Part shown: positions 45,005-55,906 of the stretch, one piece after another
Numbering within the stretch: the first letter of the stretch is position 1
Layout of the letters: each line of letters opens with the position of its first letter
Source of the DNA: Escherichia coli
GTDB taxonomy: Bacteria; Pseudomonadota; Gammaproteobacteria; Enterobacterales; Enterobacteriaceae
Assembly (NCBI RefSeq): GCF_050920415.1
Contig: NZ_CP169309.1
Strand: one strand, 5' to 3'
DNA length: 64,000 bases
Position numbers and translations under genes: made by a program
Notes under the pieces: model-generated
Seen by the model: only the letters and a program-made list of their open reading frames with translations
Told to the model about the DNA's origin: nothing
Databases searched by the model: none

Positions 45005-46705
45005 TTATTCAACCTCTTCACAGACATCCTGAATTAATCGCCGCATAATATCTTTCCTTAACAAAAACTTTTGTATTTTACCTGATGCAGTACGTGGTAA
45101 TTTCTCTGTTACCACAATATGTTCAGGATATTTATATTTTGCTACCCGTTTACGGCTAAAAAAAGCCACTATGTCTTCCAGCGATATTGAATGATGCGGC
45201 GCTTTCAGCACGACATAAGCGCATGAACGTTCACCTAAACGTTCATCGGGCATCGCAACCACACAGGCATCATGAATTTTAGGATGCTGTAATAAAATAT
45301 CTTCCACTTCACGACTGCTAATATTTTCCCCGCCGCGGACAATAATATCTTTCTTGCGCCCGGTTATTTTTATATAGCCAGCTTCATCCATTCGGCAGAG
45401 ATCGCCGCTGTAATACCAGCCTTCTTCATCCAGCGCACGGGCGGTTAATTCCGGTTCATCAAAATAACCCATAAACACATTGGGACCACGCGAAGCCTCT
45501 TCACCTACACAACCAGGCGGTAAGGTCTTGCGTGCATCATCGACCACTTTAATCTCTACGCCTGCGGCAGCGTAACCATCGGTGTTCATAAAGCGCGACA
45601 AAGGATCGTCGAGATTTACCACCGCATGCGGCGAACTTTCTGTGGAACCATAAACACTTAATAATTTAATGCCGCGTTGTTGGCATTCACGCGCCACCTT
45701 TTTGGGGATCGTGGTGCCGCCGCAAAGAAAGAAGCGTAGTGCAGAAAGGTCTGCGGGCTGTTTCTCCAGTAAATTCAAAAGGTCATAGACAAACGGTGTT
45801 GCGCCGAGCATGCAGGTACACCGTTGCTGCTCAAGTAGCAAAAGACAGGCTTCCGGGGTAAAGATATCTAACAACACGCTGCGAGCGCCAATTAAAAATG
45901 GTGCCGTTACGCCATGCAGAAAGCCCGTTGCGTGACCGAGTGGTGCAGGCATCATAAAGACATCCTGCCAGGTCAGGTTCAGCCGCGCGCAATATGCCCG
46001 CTCACTGGCGAGAATATTGTTATGCGTTAGCATCACGCCCTTTGGCTGCCCCTCAGTTCCGGAGGTAAATAGCACTGCTGCTAATTCATCGCCGTGGGTC
46101 GTTATCGCCGTAGTCAGTGGGGTATTGTCGGCGAGAATCTGACTTAATGAGAGGGACGAGGTGGCGGGAGCCAGTTTGTCCACGCCGACAATTTGTTGTA
46201 GTTGTGGAAGCTGATTTTGCAGCGGCAGGATTAAATCTACCGGACGCGTTTGTTTAAACAACGTCGGTGCAAAGAACATTTTTGCCTGACACTTATTGAG
46301 CACCCACACCAGTTCTGCTTCCCGCCAGGAAGGTAACAGCGGCACGGAAACCGCACCGGTTTTCAGGCAGGCAAGATAGATAACGGTAAATTCACACCAG
46401 CCTGGCAGTTGAAATGCGATGCGATCCCCTGATTCAATACCCTTCGCCAGCATCCAGTTTGCCAGACAGCTCGCGGCATGATCGAGCTCGCTATAGGTGT
46501 ACGATGCACCATGATTATCGACCACGGCAATTTTATCTGGCATCGCACGAGCGGTCTGCTGCCAGTAATCGGCCAGCGAAGCATCGCCCCATAATCCTTG
46601 CTGACGATACGCCGCACGACGTTGTTCGTTAAACGTTAATGTCACTTTCATTTTGGACTCTCGAAACAGAACATCAGGCCCGAGATACGGGCCTGTGGGA
46701 TGCAT
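45005..46705 (-). CDS. fadK: short/medium-chain acyl-CoA synthetase (anaerobic)
   Basis: 566-aa ORF with AMP-binding motif (TSGTEGQPKGV); alternative start MKVTLTF at 46651 (548 aa) cannot be excluded; ATG at 46705 lies 2 nt after ydiT stop. Confidence 0.88.
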   Translation of the reverse strand: MHPTGPYLGPDVLFRESKMKVTLTFNEQRRAAYRQQGLWGDASLADYWQQTARAMPDKIAVVDNHGASYTYSELDHAASCLANWMLAKGIESGDRIAFQLPGWCEFTVIYLACLKTGAVSVPLLPSWREAELVWVLNKCQAKMFFAPTLFKQTRPVDLILPLQNQLPQLQQIVGVDKLAPATSSLSLSQILADNTPLTTAITTHGDELAAVLFTSGTEGQPKGVMLTHNNILASERAYCARLNLTWQDVFMMPAPLGHATGFLHGVTAPFLIGARSVLLDIFTPEACLLLLEQQRCTCMLGATPFVYDLLNLLEKQPADLSALRFFLCGGTTIPKKVARECQQRGIKLLSVYGSTESSPHAVVNLDDPLSRFMNTDGYAAAGVEIKVVDDARKTLPPGCVGEEASRGPNVFMGYFDEPELTARALDEEGWYYSGDLCRMDEAGYIKITGRKKDIIVRGGENISSREVEDILLQHPKIHDACVVAMPDERLGERSCAYVVLKAPHHSISLEDIVAFFSRKRVAKYKYPEHIVVTEKLPRTASGKIQKFLLRKDIMRRLIQDVCEEVE

Positions 46706-46707
46706 GA

Positions 46708-47001
46708 TTAGCCGTAGCGAAAATCAATACCGAAGGTGCCTGCGGGATATTGCCACTGTTCGAGAATCGTATTGCCACACAACACCCGACAGGTGCCGCA
46801 TTCGAGACAACCGGCGGAATCAAAATGTATGTTTCCTGCGTCATCCTGCTTATACAGTCCGGCAGGGCAAGCTTTCATTAATTTACGGAATTCATTGATA
46901 TCGGGATTTGCCGCCAGAATGATATGCGGGTGACCCTCATCAACATGGAATTTATTGACACCTAATTTGATGTCGACGTTAACCGTAGCGTTCTGGCTCA
47001 T
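46708..47001 (-). CDS. ydiT: ferredoxin-like protein (FixX-like)
   Basis: 97-aa ORF with Cys cluster (CPAGLY..., CLECGTCRVLC); 4-nt overlap with ydiS. Confidence 0.88.
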   Translation of the reverse strand: MSQNATVNVDIKLGVNKFHVDEGHPHIILAANPDINEFRKLMKACPAGLYKQDDAGNIHFDSAGCLECGTCRVLCGNTILEQWQYPAGTFGIDFRYG

Positions 47002-48287
47002 AGCGCGGTTGCTCCCTTAATGCCATCTTTCAGCAAGTTGATCAGCCCAATTTTCTTCGCGTGTCCCATGATCATTTTGCGTACCGGCTGGTTTGGTTTG
47101 CCGTCGATGGTGAACATATCGTTCATGATGTCGGCGACCATTCGTGGGTATTGGCTAAACAGGCGCGGGTTTTCCATCAGCGCCGGGATCTTGCGGAAAT
47201 GCTGCATATCGCGCATAACACAACTTTGTTCCAGCTCACGTTTGTATTGCGCCAGGCTGCTGGCGGAGAAGTCAGCGCGTTCTTTAGCGGCAATCACTGT
47301 TGTGGCGGCAGCCTGGGCCGATGCGATGGCTAAATCCATTCCGCGAACCGTAAAGCCCAGATTGAGGCAGAAACCTGCGGCATCACCGACGATCATCACG
47401 CCCTCATTAACCAGCTGCGGCACCATCGCCAGACCGCCTTCCGGTACCATGTGCGCGGAATATTCAAGCAGTTTGCCGCCGCTAATCAGTGAGCGAATGG
47501 CGGGGTGTTGTTTAAAATCTTCCAGCATTTGCGGCACGCTTTTTTTTGCATGGGCGATATCACCCAATCCACAAACCAGCCCCAACGATACGGAATCCTT
47601 GTTGGTATAGAGGAATCCGCCGCCCATCAGGCCGTCAGAAGGGGAACCGGCAAACAGCCAGGCGGCACCTTCCTCGCCCATAACATTAAAGCGATCGTTG
47701 ATTTGCTCTGGTGTAAGACCAATAATCTCTTTAACACCAACTGCGTAATGATGCGGATCGGAAGCGGGAACCATTCCCAGCGAGCGGCCAAGCATTGAGT
47801 TAACGCCATCAGCCAGAATCACCACATTCGCTTCAAGAACATCATCCCCGGCCTGAACGCCAGTGACCTTATTTCCTTCACGAACCAGCGCATCGACACG
47901 AACGCCCGGGATAAACTGCGCGCCAGCCTGTTCGGCTTGTTCCATCAACCACGGGTCCAGACGATTACGCAATACGGTATAAGACGCGTGTTGCGGAACA
48001 TCTGGTTGCTCGCGGTGAAAATCGAGGGTAACGGCACTCTCTTCGGTTAAGAAGGAGATTTTCTCGCGTGTGACCTTGCGTTCTACCGGCGCTGATGCTG
48101 CAAAGCCTGGAATAATCGCTTCAAGTGTGTGGGCATAAAGACGCCCGCCGGTCATGTTTTTACATCCGGCACTGTCGCCGCGTTCTATCACCAGGACATC
48201 CAGCCCGGCTCGCGCCATGACCAGTGCGGCAACGCTACCGGCAACGCCCGCACCGACCACAATGGCATCAAATTTGTCATCCGACAT
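46998..48287 (-). CDS. ydiS: ETF-quinone oxidoreductase-like flavoprotein (FixC-like)
   Basis: 429-aa ORF with N-terminal FAD dinucleotide fold (DAIVVGAGVAGSVAAL). Confidence 0.9.
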   Translation of the reverse strand: MSDDKFDAIVVGAGVAGSVAALVMARAGLDVLVIERGDSAGCKNMTGGRLYAHTLEAIIPGFAASAPVERKVTREKISFLTEESAVTLDFHREQPDVPQHASYTVLRNRLDPWLMEQAEQAGAQFIPGVRVDALVREGNKVTGVQAGDDVLEANVVILADGVNSMLGRSLGMVPASDPHHYAVGVKEIIGLTPEQINDRFNVMGEEGAAWLFAGSPSDGLMGGGFLYTNKDSVSLGLVCGLGDIAHAKKSVPQMLEDFKQHPAIRSLISGGKLLEYSAHMVPEGGLAMVPQLVNEGVMIVGDAAGFCLNLGFTVRGMDLAIASAQAAATTVIAAKERADFSASSLAQYKRELEQSCVMRDMQHFRKIPALMENPRLFSQYPRMVADIMNDMFTIDGKPNQPVRKMIMGHAKKIGLINLLKDGIKGATAL

Positions 48288-48342
48288 GCGTTATGCTCCC
48301 TTCCCGCTGCATTTACAGCGGGAGATGTGGTTGAAAGGGGAA

Positions 48343-49281
48343 TTAGCGGCTCAACTGGCTAATCAGGGCAGGGACGACTTTGTAAATATCGCCCACCAGG
48401 CCGTAGTCGGCATAATTGAAGATTGGCGCGTTTTTATCTTTATTGATGGCGACAATCACTTTTGCGCCGTTGCCGCCAACCATATGTTGGATCTGCCCGG
48501 AGATCCCCAGCGTCAGGTAGAGATCGGATTTCAGCAACACGCCGGAGACACCGATATAACGTTCACGCTCCATCCAGTTCTCGCCTTCGGCAATTGGACG
48601 TGAACAGCCGACTTCAGCATTCAGCACCGCCGCCAGTTCGTGGACCATTTTCAGGTCATCCTGCGCCGCCAGACCGCGACCGACGCCAACCACACGTTTT
48701 GCTTTGCTCAGGTCCACGCTGCTTGCCGCTTTCGCTCGGCGTTCGCGACAGAGAATTTCATGACGCGGGGCAACATAAGGTACCGTTTCTGTCGGGCACT
48801 GATGAGAGATATCACTGGTGCACGGTTCCTGAACACCGGGTGCAAGGGTAATGATCGCCAGCGGGCTGTTGATCTTTTCCTGAGCGAACGCTAACCCGCC
48901 ATACATCCGGTGTTCGGCGCAAATGTGACCATCGACAATATCCACCGCCGTGGCATCGTTCACCAGCGCCGCATTCAGTTGCACACTTAACCGTGCTGCC
49001 AGAGCTTTACCACGTTTCGTCGCGGCCAGCAGCAACATAGCGGGGTGTTTATCTTTCAGCAGGGCAGCAATGCTTTCGGCGTAATTTTCAGTACGTTGCA
49101 GCGCGTCGTTTTGCTCAAGAACATAAATACATTTTGGCCCATAAGGCATAACTGCCTGCGCCTGGTCGGTATTTTGTACAATGGCATACACCTGTTGGCC
49201 CCATTGCTGCGCGCCGCCAAACAGTTCAGCATAACGTTCAGGATTATCGCTAAAGACCCAGACGCTGTTTAATTGACTCAT
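48343..49281 (-). CDS. ydiR: electron-transfer flavoprotein alpha subunit (FixB-like)
   Basis: 312-aa ORF; ETF-alpha family; follows ydiQ. Confidence 0.9.
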   Translation of the reverse strand: MSQLNSVWVFSDNPERYAELFGGAQQWGQQVYAIVQNTDQAQAVMPYGPKCIYVLEQNDALQRTENYAESIAALLKDKHPAMLLLAATKRGKALAARLSVQLNAALVNDATAVDIVDGHICAEHRMYGGLAFAQEKINSPLAIITLAPGVQEPCTSDISHQCPTETVPYVAPRHEILCRERRAKAASSVDLSKAKRVVGVGRGLAAQDDLKMVHELAAVLNAEVGCSRPIAEGENWMERERYIGVSGVLLKSDLYLTLGISGQIQHMVGGNGAKVIVAINKDKNAPIFNYADYGLVGDIYKVVPALISQLSR

Positions 49282-49300
49282 CGTTTCTTCTCCGTAGGCT

Positions 49301-50065
49301 TCAGTTCAGGGCTTTCTTCAGATGTTCCGCCAGCTCGGCAATGGCCTCCGGCGAATCGTTATCGAGAATGATGTGCTTACGTTCTGTTTGCGGCGGTACG
49401 CGAATGCCGGTCAGTTCAGCAAGTGGCGTGCTCTGGCTCCAGCCAATATCACTTGCCTGCCACTGATTTACCGGTTTTTTACCCGCGCCGAGAATGGCTT
49501 TCATCGAAGGAATGCGTGGCATGTTAATATCGGAGGTGACGCAGAGCACGGCTGGAACAGAGAGCTCAATAACTTCAACATCATCTTCAAGCGTGCGTTC
49601 AATCACCAGTGTATTGCCCTGACGCTGAATAGCACTCACTGCATTAATCACCGGAAGTTGCAGAATTTCTCCGACCAGCAAGCCAACCTGCTGGGCATAA
49701 AGGTCGCCGGAACCTTCACCAAAGATCAGTAAATCGAAGCCGATCTTTTCAACTGCTGCCGCCAGCGCCTTTGCGGTATCGAGAGGCAGTGCATGTTCAA
49801 GTTGCGCATCCTGCACCAAATACAGGCTATGCGGCCCGCGGGATAGCACGTCTTTGCGCACTTTCGAGTTCTGCAACAATGAGCCGCCAATGGTCAGCGC
49901 GGCTATCTCATCGTCATCTGTTGCAATCTGGCTTGCAGCTTCAATGGCATTGAGATCGAACTGGCTGATTTTGGCGTCGGCATTGTCGAAATTCAGGGTA
50001 TATTCTGGAGTGACAACAATGTCCTGTTCTTCAGGCACCAGCTTAAAGCAGGTTATTATTTTCAT
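49301..50065 (-). CDS. ydiQ: electron-transfer flavoprotein beta subunit (FixA-like)
   Basis: Tracked ORF 49301-50164 trimmed to MKIITCFKLVPEE (50065) with RBS aggag 8 nt upstream; 254 aa. Confidence 0.88.
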   Translation of the reverse strand: MKIITCFKLVPEEQDIVVTPEYTLNFDNADAKISQFDLNAIEAASQIATDDDEIAALTIGGSLLQNSKVRKDVLSRGPHSLYLVQDAQLEHALPLDTAKALAAAVEKIGFDLLIFGEGSGDLYAQQVGLLVGEILQLPVINAVSAIQRQGNTLVIERTLEDDVEVIELSVPAVLCVTSDINMPRIPSMKAILGAGKKPVNQWQASDIGWSQSTPLAELTGIRVPPQTERKHIILDNDSPEAIAELAEHLKKALN

Positions 50066-50380
50066 GATTTCTCCTGTGAGTCGCATACGGAACCATCTCC
50101 GATGGAAGGTAAAAATGGCCTGAAAATAGTGTGCGATAGCGGTGCGGGGTTTTCGACGGAGCAAGCTGTTTTCCTTGCCAACAATCTTGCAAAAAAAATG
50201 CGATCGCTAAAACAAAAGTGCAATTTGCGGCAATGTTGTTATTCCATGACCGTACAATCTTGCATTCAGTGTAAATAATCTTGTTTAGCTCTCGCTAAAC
50301 GCGGTTGTATAACCGCAATACACGCCGTATTTTATCCGGCATATATTGTTTTTGCTTGCTCATGGAATAGGGAGGTTGTC

Positions 50381-51292
50381 ATGTATCAACGCTGTTTTGA
50401 TAACGCCAGCGAAACGCTGTTTGTCGCCGGTAAAACGCCACGGCTTTCACGTTTTGCATTTAGCGATGATCCAAAATGGGAGTCCGGACATCACGTTCAT
50501 GACAATGAAACCGAGTTGATTTACGTCAAGAAAGGGGTAGCAAGGTTTACCATCGATTCTTCGTTATATGTCGCGCATGCCGATGACATTGTGGTGATAG
50601 AACGTGGCAGGTTGCATGCGGTGGCCTCTGACGTTAACGATCCAGCAACGACGTGTACCTGTGCGCTGTACGGCTTTCAGTTTCAGGGGACTGAGGAAAA
50701 TCAGCTACTGCAACCGCATTCTTGCCCGGTCATTGCCGCAGGGCAGGGAAAAGAAGTCATTAAAACCTTATTTAATGAGCTAAGTGTGATTTTGCCGCAA
50801 AGTAAAAATAGCCAAACATCTTCGTTATGGGACGCATTTGCCTATACGTTAGTAATTCTTTACTACGAAAACTTTAAAAATGCTTATCGTTCGGAGCAGG
50901 GATATATTAAAAAAGATGTTCTGATAAAAGATATTCTTTTCTATCTGAATAATAATTATCGCGAAAAAATCACTTTAGAGCAGTTATCGAAAAAATTTCG
51001 TGCCAGCGTCAGTTATATCTGCCATGAATTTACCAAAGAGTATCGTATTTCCCCTATTAACTATGTTATTCAACGGCGTATGACGGAAGCGAAATGGTCA
51101 CTCACTAATACTGAATTATCACAGGCAGAGATCTCCTGGCGTGTGGGTTATGAAAATGTCGATCACTTTGCCAAACTGTTTTTGCGCCATGTCGGCTGTT
51201 CGCCCAGCGATTACCGCAGGCAATTTAAAAACTGTTTTGCGGAACAAGAAATCTTATCTGAATTTCCTCAACCGGTAAGTCTTGCCGGATAA
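50381..51292 (+). CDS. ydiP: AraC-family transcriptional regulator
   Basis: 303-aa ORF with cupin-like N-terminus and C-terminal AraC HTH; divergent from ydiQRST-fadK. Confidence 0.88.
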   Translation: MYQRCFDNASETLFVAGKTPRLSRFAFSDDPKWESGHHVHDNETELIYVKKGVARFTIDSSLYVAHADDIVVIERGRLHAVASDVNDPATTCTCALYGFQFQGTEENQLLQPHSCPVIAAGQGKEVIKTLFNELSVILPQSKNSQTSSLWDAFAYTLVILYYENFKNAYRSEQGYIKKDVLIKDILFYLNNNYREKITLEQLSKKFRASVSYICHEFTKEYRISPINYVIQRRMTEAKWSLTNTELSQAEISWRVGYENVDHFAKLFLRHVGCSPSDYRRQFKNCFAEQEILSEFPQPVSLAG

Positions 51293-51296
51293 ATCT

Positions 51297-51328
51297 GGCG
51301 GCGCAGTTTGTTAAGAAGCTGCGCCGCC
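51297..51328. terminator. hairpin between convergent ydiP and ydiO
   Basis: 10-bp perfect stem ggcggcgcag / ctgcgccgcc with 12-nt loop, followed on plus strand by cagattatttgttctg. Confidence 0.65.
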
Positions 51329-51334
51329 TGCAGA

Positions 51335-52486
51335 TTATTTGTTCTGATAATCTTTCAGGATCTGCCGACCCGCTACGTAAATCATAATTTCGTCTGTACC
51401 GCCGCCGATACGTTCACAACGGACATCACGCCAGAAGCGAGAGACGCGCGCCTCATCGGTATAGCCCAGACCGCCCATGATTTGAATCGCATCATCAATG
51501 ACTTCCATTGCGGTACGTGCGCAGTACAGTTTTGCCAGCGCCGCGCTGGTGCGCAGTGACTGATGCTGATCGGCTTGCCATGCCACTTTCAACACCATGT
51601 TGCGCATGTTGTCGATCTTAATCGCCATCAGCGCCAGTTTTTCCTGAATCATCTGGTTATGACCAATGGGCTTACCAAAAGCGATACGTTGGTTGGCATA
51701 GCGGGCGGCATCTTCGAATGCGCATTCGGCAAAGCCGGTGCTGCGCGCGGCGTTGATCAGGCGCTCCATCTCAAAGTTGTACATCACATTGAGGAAACCC
51801 ATTCCTTCTTCGCCCACCATGTCGCTCTCTTCAACTTCCACGTTGTTGAGATAGACTTCGCAGGTGCTGAGCATATGCCAGCCGATTTTATGCAGCGGGT
51901 TAATCTTAATGCCGGGCTTACTGGAGTCGACCCACCACAGGGTGAAGGCTTTTTTGGGATCTTTCGGTTCTGGATCGCGCGCCAGCACCAGCATATACGG
52001 GTACTCTTTCGCGCCGGTAATAAAGGTTTTCTGGCCGTTGATGTAAACCTTGCCATTTTTACGCGTGTAAGTGGTAGTAGCACTGTTATTGTCTGAGCCT
52101 GCGCCTGGTTCCGTCAACGCCAGGGCATAGGCGGGATCACCCGTTTCCAGGGTGCTCTCTGCCGTTTTACGTAGCTGCTCAGCAGAACCGAAACGGCGCA
52201 TGCTGTGAATACATTGACCGTTGGTAATCAAAAATGCCGGAGCACCGCATTTTGACACTTCCATCAGCGCCAGCATTTGGGTGACGTAATCCGCAGGGAT
52301 ACCACCAAATTCTTCCGGCACGCCAAGCATTGAAATACCGTTATCCGCCAGTGCCCGCATAAACTCACGCGGGTATGTCCCGTTTTGATCGCAGGTGCGG
52401 AAATACTCTTCCGGAAAGTTGGTCGTAATCAACTCGCGAATACTGGCCAGCAGCAGTTCTTGTTCTTCAGTTAAAGAAAAATCCAT
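51335..52486 (-). CDS. ydiO: acyl-CoA dehydrogenase-family protein (CaiA-like)
   Basis: Tracked ORF 51335-52540 trimmed to MDFSLTEEQELL (52486), RBS aggagta; 383 aa; ACAD fold. Confidence 0.88.
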   Translation of the reverse strand: MDFSLTEEQELLLASIRELITTNFPEEYFRTCDQNGTYPREFMRALADNGISMLGVPEEFGGIPADYVTQMLALMEVSKCGAPAFLITNGQCIHSMRRFGSAEQLRKTAESTLETGDPAYALALTEPGAGSDNNSATTTYTRKNGKVYINGQKTFITGAKEYPYMLVLARDPEPKDPKKAFTLWWVDSSKPGIKINPLHKIGWHMLSTCEVYLNNVEVEESDMVGEEGMGFLNVMYNFEMERLINAARSTGFAECAFEDAARYANQRIAFGKPIGHNQMIQEKLALMAIKIDNMRNMVLKVAWQADQHQSLRTSAALAKLYCARTAMEVIDDAIQIMGGLGYTDEARVSRFWRDVRCERIGGGTDEIMIYVAGRQILKDYQNK

Positions 52487-52499
52487 CATTATACTCCTG

Positions 52500-54095
52500 T
52501 TAATGAGCCGCTTCAGGCAGGACAAAACCCATCGCCGCATCGATAAATAATCTTTCGTCCATCAGTTTGAGTTCTGGCGAAATCACTGGGGTGAAATCCA
52601 TTTTGTCGAGAATATCTTTTTGTAAATCGACGCCAGGAGCGATTTCGATTAAATGCAGGCCGTCTTCTTTTAGCGTGAATACGGCGCGCTCAGTGATATA
52701 ACGAACATCCAGTCCTCGCTCGAGAGCGATTTTTCCGCTGAAAGTAATTTCCGGTAGTTCCTGAATAAATTTCTTCACCCGTCCTTCCTGGACGATATTT
52801 AATTTGCCGTCGGCAATTTCTGTTTTTAAACTGCCCGCAGTTAATGTGCCGCAGAAAATGATTTTCTTCGAAGTGGCACTGATATCAATAAATCCACCGG
52901 TGCCCATGATTTTACCATTGAATTTATGCACGCCGACGTTACCGTGCTGGTCGACTTCAGCAAAACTCAAATAACAAACATCCAGACCGCCACCGTGATA
53001 AAAATCAAACTGGGACGTCATATCCAGAATGGCACGGGTATTCACGTTCGCGCCAAAGGCGATCCCCTGTGAAGTAATACCGCCAATTGGGCCTGTTTCT
53101 ACCGTCAGAATAAAGTCATCAGCACAACCTTCTTCCCGGGCGACCAGGCCAATGCCGTCAGCAATACCGACGCCGACATTCCCCACCGCGCCTTTGCGCA
53201 TTTCGAATAATGCGCGCCGTGCAACTAATTTACGTTGGTTTAGGGGTAGGCTAAGTTTGGTGCTGTCATCAAGGGTGAAGTCACCAGAAATAAAGCGGTT
53301 AACCGGCGCACCGCCATACAGTTGGGTTTGATCCGGATCGACTACCACAATATCCACCAGATAACCCGGAATACGGACAGATTTAGGATGCAGCGTGGCT
53401 TTCTTAACCATCTTCTGCACCTGCATCATCACAATACCGCCGTTATTGTGCACCGCCTGAGCAATAACCAATGCGTCGAGATACATCACCTCATCTTCAA
53501 AGGTGGCGTAGCCTTCGCTGTCGCAGGTGGTGGCGCGAATAAAGGCGATATCCGGCGCAATCGCTTTGTAATAGAGATATTCTTTGTTATCAAACTCGAC
53601 CAGTTTAATCAGGTCTTCTTTAGTGACTTCATTCAGTTTGCCGCCTTGCTGGCGTGGATCGACAAATGTTCCGATGCCAATATCACTAATAATACCAGGC
53701 TGGTGGGCTGCGGCGGCGCGTAAGGTTTGTGTAAGTACACCTTGTGGATAGTTATAAGCAATAATTTTATTTTGTTCTGCGAGATCAGAAATACGCGGCG
53801 ATTGTCCCCAGTGACCGCATAATGCCCATTTCACCAGACCTTCTTGTGCCAGCGGACTAATACCACGGTCGGCGCGATCGCCAAGCCCTGTTGGACTAAT
53901 AATCGATAAATTACGTGGTGTTTGAGTCTGTTTATATTTATCAGCAAGAGCAGTAATTAACGTGGTGGCTTCCAGAATACCGCCGCCAGCGCCTAACACA
54001 CAAAGTGTTGCTTCGTCGGGAATATAATTCACCGCTTCCTGTGCCGACAGGACCGGCACTCGTCCATTAATACGAGGTGGTTTTACAGGTTTCAT
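52500..54095 (-). CDS. ydiF: fused alpha/beta family I CoA-transferase
   Basis: 531-aa ORF; 3-oxoacid/acetate CoA-transferase signatures. Confidence 0.88.
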   Translation of the reverse strand: MKPVKPPRINGRVPVLSAQEAVNYIPDEATLCVLGAGGGILEATTLITALADKYKQTQTPRNLSIISPTGLGDRADRGISPLAQEGLVKWALCGHWGQSPRISDLAEQNKIIAYNYPQGVLTQTLRAAAAHQPGIISDIGIGTFVDPRQQGGKLNEVTKEDLIKLVEFDNKEYLYYKAIAPDIAFIRATTCDSEGYATFEDEVMYLDALVIAQAVHNNGGIVMMQVQKMVKKATLHPKSVRIPGYLVDIVVVDPDQTQLYGGAPVNRFISGDFTLDDSTKLSLPLNQRKLVARRALFEMRKGAVGNVGVGIADGIGLVAREEGCADDFILTVETGPIGGITSQGIAFGANVNTRAILDMTSQFDFYHGGGLDVCYLSFAEVDQHGNVGVHKFNGKIMGTGGFIDISATSKKIIFCGTLTAGSLKTEIADGKLNIVQEGRVKKFIQELPEITFSGKIALERGLDVRYITERAVFTLKEDGLHLIEIAPGVDLQKDILDKMDFTPVISPELKLMDERLFIDAAMGFVLPEAAH

Positions 54096-54239
54096 TGTTA
54101 ATTCCTGATTCAGGTGTAATTTTCCCTACGCCAGATGGAGAATTAGAGCGCAGAGACTCACGAAATATTTTTATTAAATACGGTTGAATATATTTTTTTA
54201 GTTCGGCGGGGGAGGGTATTCCCGCCGAAATATTATTGC

Positions 54240-54998
54240 TTATGCCTGATGTAAAATAGTTAATACCGTGCGCAAATCATTTACCGAGATTTGCCCTGGC
54301 GCAGAGGCTTTTTTTACCGCACCAAAAGTTGCCGCCGACCCAAATACTTCACCAGCCAGACGAGAAATTACGCCAGTTTTTGCCATCGACATCGTGATGA
54401 TTGGACGATCGGCATACTGCTCCTGCATCTCCAGGGTCGCGGCAAGCAACGTCAGCACATCGCTGGTACTTTGCGGCATCAGCGCAATCTTAGGAATATC
54501 GGCGTCGAAGGACTGCATTTTACGCAGACGGGCAATGATTTCTTCGGCTTCCGGCGTTTTATGGAAGTCATGGTTGGACATGACAACTTTCACATCATGC
54601 GCGTGGGCGTAGGCGACGGTTTCTTTAACTTGATCATCACCGGTAAATAACTCCAGATCGATCATATCAACCAGGCCGCTGTCGATGGCTGCACGATTGA
54701 GTGCAATATAAGCCTCGGTGGAAATCGCCTGCTCGCCGCCTTCTTTGGCACTGCGGAAGGTAAACAGCAGCGGTTTTTCTGGCATGGTTTCACGGAGAAT
54801 TTTTGCCGCTGCCATGACAGACTCCACATTGGATAGGTCGGCATAGTGGTCAACACGCCATTCCAGAATATCAAAGTCCGCTTCACGATAGGCGAGAGCT
54901 TCGGATTTCACGCTGGCGATATCTTTCGCCATCAGCGAGACGATGATTTTAGGTGCGCCCGTACCAATGACGAGATCTTTTACAGTTACGGTTTTCAT
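54240..54998 (-). CDS. aroD: 3-dehydroquinate dehydratase, type I
   Basis: 252-aa ORF; type I DHQase with Schiff-base Lys region. Confidence 0.95.
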   Translation of the reverse strand: MKTVTVKDLVIGTGAPKIIVSLMAKDIASVKSEALAYREADFDILEWRVDHYADLSNVESVMAAAKILRETMPEKPLLFTFRSAKEGGEQAISTEAYIALNRAAIDSGLVDMIDLELFTGDDQVKETVAYAHAHDVKVVMSNHDFHKTPEAEEIIARLRKMQSFDADIPKIALMPQSTSDVLTLLAATLEMQEQYADRPIITMSMAKTGVISRLAGEVFGSAATFGAVKKASAPGQISVNDLRTVLTILHQA

Positions 54999-55028
54999 TT
55001 TTTACCCTTTCTGCACGCGGTCAGCCTG

Positions 55029-55895
55029 TCAGGCACCGAACCCCATGACCTGTTTAACATATTCCAGAGGGAAATCTTTGCCAGTCCATAACGTGAACTG
55101 TTCAGCCCCTTGCCACAACAACATGCCGTATCCATCAATCGTTTTGCAACCAGCTTGTTGCGCCTGCTGCAATAACTTCGTCATATGCGGGTTATACACG
55201 CATTCAGTGACCAGAAGTCCCGGATGTAACAGACTGATATCATTAACCAATGATTCATTCTCAAGGGGTTTCATGCCCACTTTTGTGCCATTGGTTAAAA
55301 TGTCGGCGGAAGCCAGGGCTTCAGCAAAGGCTTGCTGATCGGCGAGATCGGTAACCGTGACGACACAATCGGTGTTTTCGTTAACCCGCTGCGCGAAGGC
55401 GAGGGCTTTATCGAAGAACTCATCCCGACGGTTAAAGAGTTTAATTTCTTTTAAACCTTCAATTGCCCCCTGCGCGCCAATTGCCGTTGAGGCACCTCCG
55501 GCCCCTAACAGCACCATCGTTTTGCCTTTGATATCAAAACCGCTCTCTTTAATGGCGCGAATATGGCCCGTGCCGTCGGTGTTATAGCCACGCAGATAGC
55601 CATCATCATTTACGATGGTGTTGATGGCACCCACCAGTTTGGCTGCTGGCGTTAATTCATCAACATATTCACACGCCAGTTGTTTGTTCGGCATTGATAC
55701 ACCAGTTCCGCGCATTTTGAGGGCTTTTAATCCTTCAATTGCTCCGGGAAAACTATCGTTATCCACTTCAAAGGCCATATAGGTAAATGGCAATCCCGCT
55801 TTTTCTAAGGCTTTGTTCTGCATTTCGGGCGATAAACTGTGGCGGATGGGATAGGCCATCAACCCAATCAATTCGTATTTTGCGGTAACATCCAT
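55029..55895 (-). CDS. ydiB: quinate/shikimate dehydrogenase (NAD(P)-dependent)
   Basis: 288-aa ORF; AroE-family with Rossmann motif ([12 protein letters not shown]). Confidence 0.93.
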
Positions 55896-55906
55896 AATTA
55901 ACTCCT

